Positions 45,609 to 56,835 are shown, counted from the stretch's first letter. The stretch is DNA of 64,000 bases from Nitrospirota bacterium (GCA_963732675.1 CAVTAJ010000020.1:139887-203886), one strand, 5' to 3'. Numbers and translations: made by a program. Notes: generated by a model from the letters alone, not told the origin.

Positions 45609-45965
45609 CTATTTTGGCTCCTTCTTGCCCTTCTTCTTGTTCTTGCCGGCCAGGTACGCTTCCCTGGGCCGCCATTCGAACGACAGGCTCGTGCCGACCA
45701 GGCTCAACAGACCGTTGACGATCTTTCCCGCTGCGAGAGATGCGATTGTTGCGATACCGATGAACGGGAGGGCTATCACGTAGAACAGGCCGATGACCGG
45801 TCCGGCGATCAGCATGACGCCCGTGGGGATGCGGAAATAGGTCGATGACTCCGCTCCGCTCAAAATAGCTTCCTGTTCAACATCGATCCTTTGTCCGTTC
45901 GACAAATCCCAGTAAGTCCCTTTTCCAACCCTGGTTCCCGTCTTATAGCCTAGCTTGGTCTTCAT
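45609..45965 (-). CDS. small membrane protein, paralog of 45122-45526 (C-terminal SFEWRPREAYLAGKNKKK)
   Basis: 118 aa. AGPVIGLFYVIALPFIGI aligns with AAAPFIGLMYVVMLPVGF of the neighbour. Confidence 0.5.
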   Translation of the reverse strand: MKTKLGYKTGTRVGKGTYWDLSNGQRIDVEQEAILSGAESSTYFRIPTGVMLIAGPVIGLFYVIALPFIGIATIASLAAGKIVNGLLSLVGTSLSFEWRPREAYLAGKNKKKGKKEPK

Positions 45966-46271
45966 CTCCGTTTCTCCTTTCTCATTTTATTTGTTGATTA
46001 ATAAATATCAGGAAGCAGGGTACTTGTATATTGGAAGAAGTTCTTATTTGCGGGAGCAAATTATCCCAGTCGTCATAATGCATAAATGGTAGTACTAAGG
46101 TAGCAGAAGCGCTCTTGTCGCGTCCTGAATGCTGTGGAGCATTCAACAAGGTTGCATATTTGGCCTTTCTGCTTGTTTTTATTGAGTTCTTGGCAGCTTT
46201 GCGCGACAACTGCCGTTATAGGATCAATGATCGATTGATGAGGGAAATGATGTCTGTGAACGGAGAGACTC

Positions 46272-46799
46272 TCAACGGATCATACTGTCAACTATCTTCG
46301 TCAGTTCAAAGGGCGCTGACTTCATGAGCACGGTCATCGTGTATTTGCTTTCGATCCATGTTATCCCGCTGCAGGGCTCGTCATTTTTGCATGATCCGAC
46401 AGTGAGCACGGCGTCCCTTCCCTTTATCGTGAAGCGCACCTTCTCGGTGACCACGACGATCTCGATCGGATTTTCCACGTTCAGGGCAGTGCCTTCGGAC
46501 TGCGATATGATAAGCGCAATATTCCTTTTGTCCGCACGGGTAAATTCCATCACGATCGCACGAAAGGGTTTGCTCTGCGCCAGGATCGCGGACGGCGGCC
46601 AGATTATCTGCTGGGGGAAATAGGACGGCACGTAAATGTCTTTCATGTTCAAGGCGCGCTGGACCTCCTCTATGCTGCCATAGCGTCTAGCGGTATCTTT
46701 TTGCAAAATGAGCGGGAGCCAGTTCACGATCTTGAGGGCGATAATGAGCAGGCCGATCATGAGGGCAAACGAGAAAAAGGCGGTTATTTTTTTGTTCAT
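46272..46799 (-). CDS. hypothetical membrane-anchored protein (N-terminal TM), downstream of the M48 peptidase
   Basis: 175 aa; MNKKITAFFSFALMIGLLIIAL signal-anchor. Confidence 0.45.
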   Translation of the reverse strand: MNKKITAFFSFALMIGLLIIALKIVNWLPLILQKDTARRYGSIEEVQRALNMKDIYVPSYFPQQIIWPPSAILAQSKPFRAIVMEFTRADKRNIALIISQSEGTALNVENPIEIVVVTEKVRFTIKGRDAVLTVGSCKNDEPCSGITWIESKYTMTVLMKSAPFELTKIVDSMIR

Positions 46800-46815
46800 G
46801 GTTCACCTCGCTGCT

Positions 46816-47877
46816 TTATACGATAAAATAATTGAGCACCACTACGGCGAGAAGCGTAAGCATGAAGGGAACGCCCCAGCCTTCCCTCGTGTTGATCGAT
46901 CCCGACTCCAGCCGTGTTATCCTGCTCTCCAGGTGCAGGTTATGGCTGTGTTCTTCGAGAGAGACGTTTGACGTGGAGAGCTTTCGGATACTTGGTTCAG
47001 GGGCCTCGTCTTTTTTATGCAAAAATTTTTTGAGCGCTTCGGCGAGCGCCGCAGGGTTATGGGTCAACGAAACCGCGATATCGTCGCATATTTTTTCTTC
47101 GTCCTTGACCGCCATCCTGAATTTGACCAGGACGACGGGATTGAAGAACATGATGATCCTGAGGAGGAACACGGCGATCAGCAGGGGACGCCTGCTCCGG
47201 GCAATGTGCGCGATCTCATGCGCCAGCGCAGCTTGCATCTGTTCCTTGGTAAGTGCCCGCGAGAGACCCGTTGAGGTGAAGATCACGGGGTCCTTCCCCG
47301 TGGAGGAGAACAGGAGCGGTTCGTCATCGTCGATAAGGATAACGTCCGGTATCTTGATGGACAGCAATTGCGAGGCTTCTGCGATGAACGGGTCTGCGTC
47401 CATATGTGTGCCTTCGTGCTCCACCTGTTTCGATTCCAGCGAATGCATGAGTACCGGGAACATCTCCTGAAAAAAGAAGACCAGTGAGGTCAACACAAAA
47501 ATGAGCAGGAAAAGCAGGCTGAGGGGAATGACCCCCCAGATCTCCAGGGAAATCCATTGATTGATGTCAAAGAGTGATTCGAGCCTGAACAGGGCCGAGC
47601 TCCTGGCGGGATTAATTGCCTGGTAGAGGGGGAACGAAACGATCGGAAAAAAGATGACTATGAGGCGGAACCGCTGCCGGACCAGTGGATTGGCGATATT
47701 CCAGGCCTTCAGAGCACGGTCCGTGATCATTGCCGCGATCACCGAGTGGCAAAAAGACTGGGCCACGTACATGCCAGCAAAGGAGTTGAAAAAGGTTGAT
47801 ATGTTCATAACCCATGGGTCAGTCGGCAGCGTCTCATTCAGCGGCAAATTCATGCGTGCGCCGAATGCTGCTACCAT
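46816..47877 (-). CDS. M48/M56-family zinc metallopeptidase (HtpX/BlaR1-like), polytopic
   Basis: HExxH (AHEIAHIARS). Multiple TM helices. Start ambiguous (ATG 47877 or 47853). Confidence 0.75.
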   Translation of the reverse strand: MVAAFGARMNLPLNETLPTDPWVMNISTFFNSFAGMYVAQSFCHSVIAAMITDRALKAWNIANPLVRQRFRLIVIFFPIVSFPLYQAINPARSSALFRLESLFDINQWISLEIWGVIPLSLLFLLIFVLTSLVFFFQEMFPVLMHSLESKQVEHEGTHMDADPFIAEASQLLSIKIPDVILIDDDEPLLFSSTGKDPVIFTSTGLSRALTKEQMQAALAHEIAHIARSRRPLLIAVFLLRIIMFFNPVVLVKFRMAVKDEEKICDDIAVSLTHNPAALAEALKKFLHKKDEAPEPSIRKLSTSNVSLEEHSHNLHLESRITRLESGSINTREGWGVPFMLTLLAVVVLNYFIV

Positions 47878-47974
47878 TATACAGAAATCAATCGATGGTT
47901 GCCAGAGAAGATTTGCCTGCCGGGAATTATAATGAAAAGTATTTCGATTTAATTTATAATTACCCCGCACGTTA

Positions 47975-48644
47975 TTGAATCGATACCGATCACCGGAGGG
48001 GCTTACGGAAACATTCGATATATTGGACTGTACGGGAAGGAAGACCGGGGAAGTCATCGCCAGGGATGAGGCTCACCGGACCGGCGTATGGCACGGGGCC
48101 TTTCACTGCCTCATCATCTCTTCGCGGGACGGGAGGGGACAAGCGCTCTTTCAGAAGCGGGCAGCACAGAAAAAGATCGCGCCGAATAAGTTTGATGTAA
48201 GCGTTGGCGGACACTACGCAACAGGCGAGGATGCGGCGGTCGCCGGGCCGCGGGAGATCCGAGAGGAATTGGGCCTTGATGTCCGATTCACAGACCTCCT
48301 GCCCCTCGGACGAAGGGTATTTGTGTATTGTTTTACTCCCGGGGTGATCGAGTACGAATTCCAGGACGTGTTTTTGCTTGTTCGTGATATTCCGGCCTGA
48401 CGCCTTTGTACTTCAGAAGGAAGAAGTGGACGGGGTTCTGGAGATGGACCTTGCGCAGGGGGTCGGGCTTTTCTCCGGAGAAGTCCGCAGCATCGACTGC
48501 AGCCTGTACAGGAACAGTACCGCGGCTGAACGGGTCGCGGTCTCCGCGGAGGAGTTCGTCCCGTGCCTCGACAACTATTATCTGAAACTGCTCCTCCTCG
48601 CGCAACGATATTTGCAGGGTGAGCGAAAGCTCTTTTTCATTTGA
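47975..48644 (+). pseudogene. NUDIX hydrolase, frameshift near 48380-48400
   Basis: Nudix box GGHYATGEDAAVAGPREIREELGL. C-terminal part continues in ORF 48378-48644. Confidence 0.65.
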
Positions 48645-48782
48645 CGGCAATTATTGACTATTCCTGCCGTTACGATGAAAAGAAAAGCAGGTTGCCTGAC
48701 GAACAGATTGTAAAGTCCTTTGCTTCAACTGATAGGACAACCATCAGTTGATCGTTGAGCGCGTCACAATCTTCCGGGTAAA

Positions 48783-49778
48783 TCAATGGTGATAGCCTTC
48801 CTTGCCCACCTTGCCCCTGAAAACCGTGTATCTGTAGATGGTATATCCCAACACAACCGGCAGGATTATCGCCGCTCCCCAGAGCGTGAACGCAAGCGTT
48901 TCCCGTTGTGCTGCTGCATCATAAAAGGTGATGCCGGGAGGAACTGCATAGGGGTAGATCGAGGCAAAGAGACCCAGATACCCGGCAAAAAAGAAAACAA
49001 CACTGAATACAAAGGGCATGATCTCACGCCTCGCTCTCAGGCTTTTGATGATCCCGGTGAAAGCCAGTAGTCCCAGCGCGGGGAAGATCCAGATGAAATA
49101 GACCCTGGGCGAACCAAGCCAATGGGCCAGGACCCTGGGGTCGTGAAAGGGCGTCCAAGTGATCATTACGATCTGGAAGAACAGTACGACCACTGATGAT
49201 CGAAAGGCCTTGTTGTAAGCGCGCTCTTGTATTATCCCTGTTGTCTTGATGATCAGATAGGTGGATGCAAGAAGGATATAGCCGGCGATCAATCCAACAG
49301 CCGTCGCTAGTGAGTAGGGATTTAACCAGTCGAAAGAACCGCCCGCGAAATGACTCCCCGCTATTTTTGTTCCGGTAAGGACGCCGCCCAGGATCAAACC
49401 CTGTGCTGCCACTGCAGCAAGACCTCCAAGGAAGAACGCTCTGTCCCAGATATATTTTCGTGTGGCATTCATCCGGAACTCAAAGGACACGCCGCGGAAG
49501 ATCAGGCCATAGAGAAGCGTAAAGAGAGGGATATACAGGGCGCTGAACAGCACTCCATATACCAGAGGAAAGGCTACAAGCAGGATGCCGCCGCCGAAGA
49601 CGAGCCAGGTCTGATTCGCGTCCCAGACGGGTGCAATGCTGTTCATCAGCGTGTCACGCTCTTCCTCATTATGCGTGAAGGGGAACAGGAGCGCTATCCC
49701 GAGTCCGAAGCCGTCCAGGATCACGTAGAGGATCACCGTCAGACCAAGAAGAGCGATCCAGATGTCGACAATGTTCAT
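48783..49778 (-). CDS. cydB: cytochrome bd ubiquinol oxidase subunit II
   Basis: MNIVDIWIALLGLTVILYVILDGFGLGIAL; 331 aa. Confidence 0.9.
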   Translation of the reverse strand: MNIVDIWIALLGLTVILYVILDGFGLGIALLFPFTHNEEERDTLMNSIAPVWDANQTWLVFGGGILLVAFPLVYGVLFSALYIPLFTLLYGLIFRGVSFEFRMNATRKYIWDRAFFLGGLAAVAAQGLILGGVLTGTKIAGSHFAGGSFDWLNPYSLATAVGLIAGYILLASTYLIIKTTGIIQERAYNKAFRSSVVVLFFQIVMITWTPFHDPRVLAHWLGSPRVYFIWIFPALGLLAFTGIIKSLRARREIMPFVFSVVFFFAGYLGLFASIYPYAVPPGITFYDAAAQRETLAFTLWGAAIILPVVLGYTIYRYTVFRGKVGKEGYHH

Positions 49779-49847
49779 AAATTACTCCGAGACTTCAATT
49801 ACCATTCACCGAGTCGTTGTGGCGAAAATTCTCCGTTCAGCTTCCTG

Positions 49848-51233
49848 CTAAGCCTTTGTCGTTCCCTCCTGATCTTGTAAAGGCCGCATCCCTGCCGGAA
49901 GCTGAACCGCAGGGATCGGGCTCGAAACGTCCGGTCCTCGTTTGATCATATTCAGGATGTAAAATAAGTAGATTAAGCCGATCGACGCAAAGATGATGAG
50001 AAAGAGACTGAGCGACCAGATCACATTGCCCGGTGGAATGGGTGAAAGACCCTCGGCCGTTCTCATAAGACCATAGACGAGCCAGGGCTGGCGGCCCGCT
50101 TCGGTCGTTATCCATCCGGTCTCGACAGCAAGAAAACCGAGGGGGTGGATGATCAACAGCGTCCAGAGAAATGGCCGGTGTTCGAAGAGCCTCCCTTTCC
50201 TCCAGAGAAGGAATCCCCAGACCATTACCAGGACCAAAAGCGTCCCAATCCCTATCATGATGCGGAATGCCAGGAATAGAAGGGGAACACTCGGACGGTC
50301 CTCTCGCGCGAATTCTTTCAGCCCTGAAACCCGGCCATGAAGAGAGTGAGTGGCCAGGAGACTGAGGCCGTTCGGCAGGGAGATCTCGAACGCATTCTTT
50401 TCCTCCTTCACATCCGGAAAAGCAAGAACGACAAAGGGTGCGCCTCCATCCCTGTTCGTCTCCCAATGGGCTTCCGTTGCGGCCAGCTTGGCAGGCTGAT
50501 GACGAAAAACCATTCTGCCGCTCAGATCACCGATGATCATCTGGAGCGGAGCGAACAGCGCGGCCATGATCAGTGCGATCGTGAGAGAACGTCGAAAAAG
50601 GACGCTCGTGCCGCCCTTCAGGAGAAAGTATGCGCTGACCCCGGCAACGACAAAAGCAGTGGTCTCGAGCGCGGCCGTGCTCATATGAAGCATGCGCACG
50701 ACGGTGGAAGGATTAAAGATCGCGGCGTGGAAATCAGTGACCATGAACTTTCCATCGATCAGACGGTAACCGGCCGGGGTCTGCATCCACGAATTAGCTG
50801 CAATGATCCAGAAGGAAGAGAGAATGGTCCCGACTGCCACGAGAGAGGTAGCGAGAAAATGCATGTGACGGCTTACCCTGTTCCATCCGAACAGCATGAT
50901 GCCGAGGAAGCCGGACTCGAGAAAGAAGGCGGTCATGACCTCGAAGGCCATGAGAGGGGCGATGACATTGCTGGCCGCTTGAGAAAAGCGGGAGAAATTA
51001 GTGCCGAATTCAAATTCCAGTACGATCCCGGTGACGACTCCGACACTGAAATTGACGGCAAAGAACTTCACCCAAAAACGATACATGCGGTAATACAGTT
51101 CTTCCTTTGTCCTGAGCCACAGGAGCTCGACGACTACAAGAAAGACGGAGAGGCCTATGGTCAACGTGGGAAAGAGGATGTGGAAAAGGGTCGTGACGGC
51201 AAACTGAACTCGTGAAAGCAGAACGGTATCCAT
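49848..51233 (-). CDS. cydA: cytochrome bd ubiquinol oxidase subunit I
   Basis: [22 protein letters not shown] is the canonical CydA N-terminus. Q-loop region. Confidence 0.9.
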   Translation of the reverse strand: MDTVLLSRVQFAVTTLFHILFPTLTIGLSVFLVVVELLWLRTKEELYYRMYRFWVKFFAVNFSVGVVTGIVLEFEFGTNFSRFSQAASNVIAPLMAFEVMTAFFLESGFLGIMLFGWNRVSRHMHFLATSLVAVGTILSSFWIIAANSWMQTPAGYRLIDGKFMVTDFHAAIFNPSTVVRMLHMSTAALETTAFVVAGVSAYFLLKGGTSVLFRRSLTIALIMAALFAPLQMIIGDLSGRMVFRHQPAKLAATEAHWETNRDGGAPFVVLAFPDVKEEKNAFEISLPNGLSLLATHSLHGRVSGLKEFAREDRPSVPLLFLAFRIMIGIGTLLVLVMVWGFLLWRKGRLFEHRPFLWTLLIIHPLGFLAVETGWITTEAGRQPWLVYGLMRTAEGLSPIPPGNVIWSLSLFLIIFASIGLIYLFYILNMIKRGPDVSSPIPAVQLPAGMRPLQDQEGTTKA

Positions 51234-51365
51234 AAGAATGCCTCGATCCCGGAAAAGCCCCCGTTCATAAGACAACGATCTTCGACACTGATGATCATGA
51301 AGAAGCTATGAATTACTGTGGTAATCTATTGGATCTTTTCGCATCAGGTGAAAACGCCAGAGCTT

Positions 51366-51821
51366 TCATTTGCGTGTCCGCAGGAAGTTGGTTAGGCCCC
51401 ATCGTTCCTCAGGCTTGAGCTTGTCCTTAAAGGAGGGCATGCGGCCGAAGCCGAAGGTGATGGCCTTGAAGATCGTGGAGTCGCTCAGGCCCTTCACCTG
51501 GTCTGGGCCGAGGCCGGGCGGAGGCGGATTGAGTTTTTTACCGACCTGACCGCGCTCCGCCGAGGTCTGGCCGTGGCACATGGCGCAGTTGATATCGAAG
51601 AGCGCCTTCCCCTGTGACAGGGATGCTTCGGTCGGGGCTATGGGATTTCTCAGCTCAGCCTGTTGCGAGACGATCTCATTTCCTGAAACCGGCACGGCGC
51701 CTGCGGGCGGGGACAGTACCGGCGCTTTATACGGTTTGTAGGATTGCTGATCATCCATCCAGATAGCTGCCATCAACAAGGGTATGGCCATGAGGATGAC
51801 CAGTTTCGAAATGCGCATCAT
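51366..51821 (-). CDS. actE: monoheme c-type cytochrome (alternative complex III ActE-like)
   Basis: Signal/anchor MMRISKLVILMAIPLLMAAIW; single CAMCH. Confidence 0.7.
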   Translation of the reverse strand: MMRISKLVILMAIPLLMAAIWMDDQQSYKPYKAPVLSPPAGAVPVSGNEIVSQQAELRNPIAPTEASLSQGKALFDINCAMCHGQTSAERGQVGKKLNPPPPGLGPDQVKGLSDSTIFKAITFGFGRMPSFKDKLKPEERWGLTNFLRTRK

Positions 51822-52327
51822 AGCGTCTCCTCTGAAGTCGTGCGCAGGGCCCCCGCTTCTTTCATGACAGACTCGGCCCGGTTTTTCCGCTCTGTTGATG
51901 GGACGAACACGCTGATGCCGATATATCCCTCGGCGATGGCGGGGTCATAGGGACGCGCCCTCCACGGGGGAAGCCTCATTTCCAGGAACATCCCGCCTAT
52001 GGTGCCGAGTATGGCGAAGAGCATGGCGAGTTCATAGGTAATGATCCCGGTCGGGTAAAGCGCTATGATCGGTTTGTCGCCGGTCTGCACCGGGTAGAGC
52101 CAGGCAGTGCCCGCTGCCAGGAGAAAGCCTGCAGCAGCGCCGACCATGCCGCCTGCCACGGCCAGCCAGCGGAACCAGGTGCGTTGATCGGTCTTCACCA
52201 GTACGCCGTCGGGATAGGGGACCGAGGTCAATGAAGTGATGTGTTTTTCGGAGAACCCCGCTTTGACCAGACTATCCACTCCCCTGGCCGCGGTCTCTAC
52301 ATCCCTGAAAATCCCAAGGGTTTCCAT
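51818..52327 (-). CDS. actD: ACIII ActD-like small membrane subunit (DUF3341-like)
   Basis: METLGIFRDVETAARGVDSLVKAGF...two TM helices. Position between the NrfD and monoheme genes. Confidence 0.55.
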   Translation of the reverse strand: METLGIFRDVETAARGVDSLVKAGFSEKHITSLTSVPYPDGVLVKTDQRTWFRWLAVAGGMVGAAAGFLLAAGTAWLYPVQTGDKPIIALYPTGIITYELAMLFAILGTIGGMFLEMRLPPWRARPYDPAIAEGYIGISVFVPSTERKNRAESVMKEAGALRTTSEETL

Positions 52328-52331
52328 GCAG

Positions 52332-53648
52332 CTACTCCTTTCCCGCGATCGACGGCAGCTCGGCGCGGCCGAGCGGCACGCGGGCTTGACGTACTTCAAG
52401 CTCCCGCACATCGGTCACCGCCATGATCGGGAAATACTTTGCAAAGAACGTGTAGAGCAAGGCGAAGCCGGCAACTGCAGCTATATTGACCGAAATCTCC
52501 ACCCACGAAGGGGAGTAGTTGTGCCAGATGAACGGCATGTTCTTGCGGGAGAGCGACGGGACGATGATCAGGAAGCGCTCGATGAACATGCACACGTTGA
52601 TCAGCAGGGAGACCGCCAGCATGGCGCCGATGGAGCGGCGCAGCTTCTTGAAGCAGAGCACCGTGATCGGCAGCACCGCGTTGCCGAAGAGCATCAAGAG
52701 CAACAGGGGCGCGTACTTGTCCGCCATGAAGCTGAAGACCTCCCACTCGATCGGTTCATGGGCGTACCAGGTGATGTTGACCTCGACGAAATAGGCGTAG
52801 GCCCAGAGCAGGGAGATGACCAGGAGAAGCTTCCCCATGTTGTCGAAGTGCATCGGGGTCAGGTAGTCCTCCAGGTGGAAGACCTTGCGGACGACGATCA
52901 TCAGCGTGATCACGGCGGCCACGCCGGAGAGGATGGCGCCGATGACGAAATACGGGGGAAAGATGGTGCTGTGCCATCCGGGCACCACGGTGACGGCAAA
53001 ATCCCACGCCACAATGGAGTGTACCGAGACGGCCACCGGGATGATCAAGGCCGCCATCAGGGTCGAAGCCTTATGGTAGACCACCCACTCGCGCGCGGTG
53101 CCGCGCCATCCCATGGCCAGCACTTCGTAGAGTTTCCGTCGCCAGCCGCTTGCCCGGTCGCGGACAACAGCCAGGTCGGGGATCATCCCGAGGTAGAGAA
53201 AGAGACTGCTCCCGATGAGGTAGGCCGTGATCGCCGTTATGTCCCACAGAAGGGGCGAACGGAAATTCGGCCATAGGCCCCGCTGATTCGGCAAGGGAAG
53301 AAAATAGGTGACGACCCAATTGCGGCCCAGGTGAATGAACGGAAACAGGGCCGCTACGGTGATGGTGAAAACGGTCATGGCCTCGGCAGCGCGAAGGATC
53401 GGCCGGCGCCAATTGGCCTGGGAGAGACGCAGGATCGCAGAGACCATGGTCCCGGAGTGCGAGAGGCCGACCCAAAACACGAACCCGGTGATATAGAAGC
53501 CCCACATGACCGGACGGTTCTTTCCGGTCACGCTCATGCCGGTCATCACCTGGTAGATGAATGCGTACATGCCCCACGCCACAACTGCCCCGAGGACGAA
53601 GGCGAGCAGATACCATCGTAAGGTCGGGGGCCGCATCGAGGAGAGCAT
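52332..53648 (-). CDS. actC: ACIII ActC, NrfD-family membrane subunit (start may instead be 53786, with a Pro/Gly-rich N-terminus encoded by the repeat element)
   Basis: ~10 TM helices; MLSSMRPPTLRWYLLAFVLGAVVAWGMYAFIYQ. Confidence 0.8.
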   Translation of the reverse strand: MLSSMRPPTLRWYLLAFVLGAVVAWGMYAFIYQVMTGMSVTGKNRPVMWGFYITGFVFWVGLSHSGTMVSAILRLSQANWRRPILRAAEAMTVFTITVAALFPFIHLGRNWVVTYFLPLPNQRGLWPNFRSPLLWDITAITAYLIGSSLFLYLGMIPDLAVVRDRASGWRRKLYEVLAMGWRGTAREWVVYHKASTLMAALIIPVAVSVHSIVAWDFAVTVVPGWHSTIFPPYFVIGAILSGVAAVITLMIVVRKVFHLEDYLTPMHFDNMGKLLLVISLLWAYAYFVEVNITWYAHEPIEWEVFSFMADKYAPLLLLMLFGNAVLPITVLCFKKLRRSIGAMLAVSLLINVCMFIERFLIIVPSLSRKNMPFIWHNYSPSWVEISVNIAAVAGFALLYTFFAKYFPIMAVTDVRELEVRQARVPLGRAELPSIAGKE

Positions 53649-53694
53649 CTCATCATTCAATTGCTTGGCGCTTTTGGCGCCTCCCTCATCCCAG

Positions 53695-53755
53695 CCCTCT
53701 CCCACTGAGGGGAGAGGGTGTAGCCCCTCCCCTTGTGGGAGGGGTTGGGGAGGGG
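53695..53755. repeat. double G-rich hairpin element (ccctctcc-N8-ggagaggg and cccctcccc-N6-ggaggggttggggagggg)
   Basis: Seen directly. Same GGGGAGAGGG core as 23558-23567 and 11133-11142. Confidence 0.45.
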
Positions 53756-53778
53756 AATTTTTCGGAGGAATAACATAT

Positions 53779-54498
53779 TCAGACATGTTCCCGTCCCCCT
53801 CCCTTTAAGTAATAGATCGAAGGATGCGTACCCAGGTGCTCCAGGAGCCGGAAGCGCCGTGGGCTTCGGGACAGCCGTGAAACACGGCTCGCCGGGTCTG
53901 CCGTGTTGCCGAAGACCAGGGCTTCCGCAGGACAGGTCTGGGCGCAGGCCGGCTGCACCTCTCCGTCCTTGATCAGCCTCTGTTCGGCCTTGGCCTCTTC
54001 TTTGGCACGGCGGATGCGCTGAATGCAAAAGGAGCACTTTTCCATCACCCCGCGGCTCCGCACGGTGATATCGGGGCTTAACTGGTTGTTCAGCGGCGGA
54101 GGCCAGGAGTGCTCATGGTCGTAGAAGTTGAAGACCCGCACGGCATAGGGGCAGTTGTTGCCGCAGTAACGGGTGCCGACGCAGCGGTTGTAGACCTGGC
54201 CGTTCAAACCGTCGGGGTTGTGATAGCTGGCATAGACCGGGCAGACCGGCTCGCACGGGGCATCGTGGCAATGCTGGCAGAGCACGGGCAGGAAGCGCAC
54301 GCGAACGTCCGGGTATTCGCCCACCCAGAAGCGCTCGATCCTGAGCCAGTGCATGTTGCGGCCTTCGGCGATCTCCTTCTTCTCGCAGATGGCCACGTTA
54401 TTCTCCGCCTGGCACGCGACCACGCACGCGCCGCATCCGGTGCAGCGGTCGAGGTCGACGACCATTCCCCATTTGTACGGGCTCGTCAATTTTTCCAT
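53779..54498 (-). CDS. actB: ACIII ActB2, 4Fe-4S ferredoxin-type subunit
   Basis: CTGCGACVVAC, CQHCHDAPCEPVCP, CVGTRYCGNNCP, CSFC...CAQTCP. Confidence 0.8.
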   Translation of the reverse strand: MEKLTSPYKWGMVVDLDRCTGCGACVVACQAENNVAICEKKEIAEGRNMHWLRIERFWVGEYPDVRVRFLPVLCQHCHDAPCEPVCPVYASYHNPDGLNGQVYNRCVGTRYCGNNCPYAVRVFNFYDHEHSWPPPLNNQLSPDITVRSRGVMEKCSFCIQRIRRAKEEAKAEQRLIKDGEVQPACAQTCPAEALVFGNTADPASRVSRLSRSPRRFRLLEHLGTHPSIYYLKGGGREHV

Positions 54499-54633
54499 TA
54501 TCTCTGCACAATCCTCATGGCGCAAGAGCGCTAAGGAAATCTGAACTTTTAGCTTGAGAAAACTTAAAGCCTTCTTAGGACCTTCGCGACTTCGCGGTTC
54601 CAACTCTAGTCTTCGACTTGGAATGTTAACTCG

Positions 54634-56835
54634 TTATATTTCTATCAGATCGCTTCTGTAGCTCCCTTCCGGATGACCGGCAGTCACCAATTCCCCCTTG
54701 TCCGAAATCCGCGTTATCCGCACCCGTGTGGCATTCCAGGCCGGTTGGGGTTTTGTTCCTTCAGTTGTCAGCGCCAAAAGCTGCAGCGGGTTCGCTCCCC
54801 TTCCCTTGGCATAGCGTCCCATCTCACGGTGCCCCTGCCCCAGGGGGATCGCCACCATGTCCGGCCGGATGCCGGGATAGATCACCGCCGGCACGCGCAA
54901 CGATCCTTGAGGGGAAGTTACCTCGACGAGATCGCCGAAGCTGATCCCCAGTTCAGCAGCGGTCTTGGGGTTGATCTCGACCCAACTGTCCCAGACCACG
55001 GTGGTCATCGGGTCCGGGAGTTGCTGCAGCCAGGGAAGTGAAGCGCCACGGCCATCATAAAAAGCCGTGGAGGGATATATCTGAAAGATGCAGCGGGAAT
55101 TCCTTTTCATTTCCGGCGAACCGGGGTTTTGCCGGTTCGGGGAACGCTCGCGCCTGCTGCCCAGCGATAACTCTTGCCCTGGTTGCTGTTCGTTTTGAAA
55201 AGTCCGCCCTGTCTGAGCAGATCAACCCACGTCGCTTCAAAATCTTTCCTACTCGCAAGACCAACATGCTTTCTCATCTCAGCCTTCAGCATATCCAGGT
55301 AAGACTCATAGGGGAATGCCGCCTTCATCTCCCCGCCAAGTTCATGGGCCGCAGTCATCAACACCTCGGGGAACTGGCGCGTGTCGAACACGGGCGTCAC
55401 CACCGGCTGCATCAATCCGATCACCCCATCTCGCGTGCCTGCCAGCGGGATTACGTCTCCCCAGCTTTCCAGAGCAGCGTGGTCCGGCAGGATCAGGTCG
55501 GCCTGCATTGCAGTGTCGTCCATGAGCGAAGAGAAACTGACGATGAACGGCACCTTGGTCAGTGCCTCCTGGAAGCCCGTAGTTGAGGGAATGGTGTGGA
55601 CCGGGTCGCCGTGGATCAGGGCCACGCGGATTTCGTCGCCGCTCATTTTCTTAACAAAAGAGAGGAGGTCGTCAAAAGAGGTTGTTGGGCCGTCCGTTGC
55701 CCCCCCGTCCGGGTAGACCCCGCCGGGCCGGTTCAGGTTCCCCATCAGCACGTTCAGCAATAGGACAGCGCGGGCCGATTCCTGACCGTTGTTCTGGAAG
55801 GCGATCGTCTCGCCGGCCATGGCCAGCGAGGGATGGGTCGTAGCAAACTCCCGGGCCACCTCGGCAATGGACTTTTGCGCCAGACCGGTCTCTTCCGCCA
55901 CGCGGGGAAGATCGTAAGCCTTCAATCGGCCGCAGCAGCTTTTCCGCCTGAGCCCGTTCGCGGCAAGGGCGGCTTTGTCGTATAGGGACTCAGCCAGGAT
56001 CAGCCGGGCCATGCCGAGGGCCAGTGCCCCTTCGCTTCCGGGCCGAGCCGGCATCCAGCGATCGGCCGAGGCAGCGGTCAACGACAGTCGGCCGCCGACG
56101 TAGGTGAAATGACCGCGGACCGTGTCCCGTGCCCTGGCGCATCCGGCCGAAGGCGTGGCCGTAATGGACAGGAGACAAATGGCTTTCCACAAAATCGGCG
56201 CCGAAGCTGAGCAGATAGCGGGTCTCAGCCACGTCATAATAGGGAAGGCTTGTCTGTCCGAAGCTTTGTCGGTTGGCAGCGCGGAGCCAGTCAGTGCCGA
56301 GCAGCTCGTAACGAATGTGATGGGGAGAACCGAAGGAGCGCATGAAACCGGCTGTCAGTTTCGCCAGTGTGCCTCGAAGCTCCGGCGTCAGCAGGGCCAG
56401 ACGGTCGGTCGCCTTTTCCTGCTTCAAGGTCTTGAGCTTGCCGACGAGGAGGTCCAGCCCTTCTTCCCAGGAAATCTTCGTGAATTCTCCCGAGCCGCGG
56501 GGCCCGCTGCGCTTGAGCGGCTGCGGTACCCGGTCGGGATGGTAAAGCTCCTGGAGAGCGGCTTGTCCCCGGCCGCATAGTTTTCCCCTGTTGACCGGGT
56601 GCTCGGGGTTCCCCTCGATTTTTTTTGCCCGCCCTTCCGACACCCGGACCAGGATGCCGCAGCCGGCAGGACAGGACCTGCAGGCGCTGGCATAATAGTT
56701 GGCTATTCCCGGCGTTACTCCCTCGTCAGGCGGGATCAGGTAGGGGATCAGTTTTTCATTAGCCGACTTGCAGCCCGCAAGCATGGCGCCGGCAGCCGAC
56801 AGCCCGCTCAGTTGCAGAAAGGTCCTTCGATCCAT
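54634..56835 (-). pseudogene. actB: ACIII ActB1, molybdopterin-oxidoreductase-like subunit with Tat signal; split in three frames (55990-56835, 55107-56237, 54634-55110)
   Basis: RRTFLQLSGLSAAGAMLAGC twin-arginine; N-terminal Cys cluster. DMSO-reductase-family fold continues across the three ORFs. Confidence 0.75.

Noticed and set aside
53649-53786. ActC starting at 53786 with a Pro/Gly-rich N-terminal extension
   Set aside because: That N-terminus is encoded entirely by the G-rich hairpin repeat. An internal ATG (53648) gives a standard NrfD N-terminus. Kept as the alternative.
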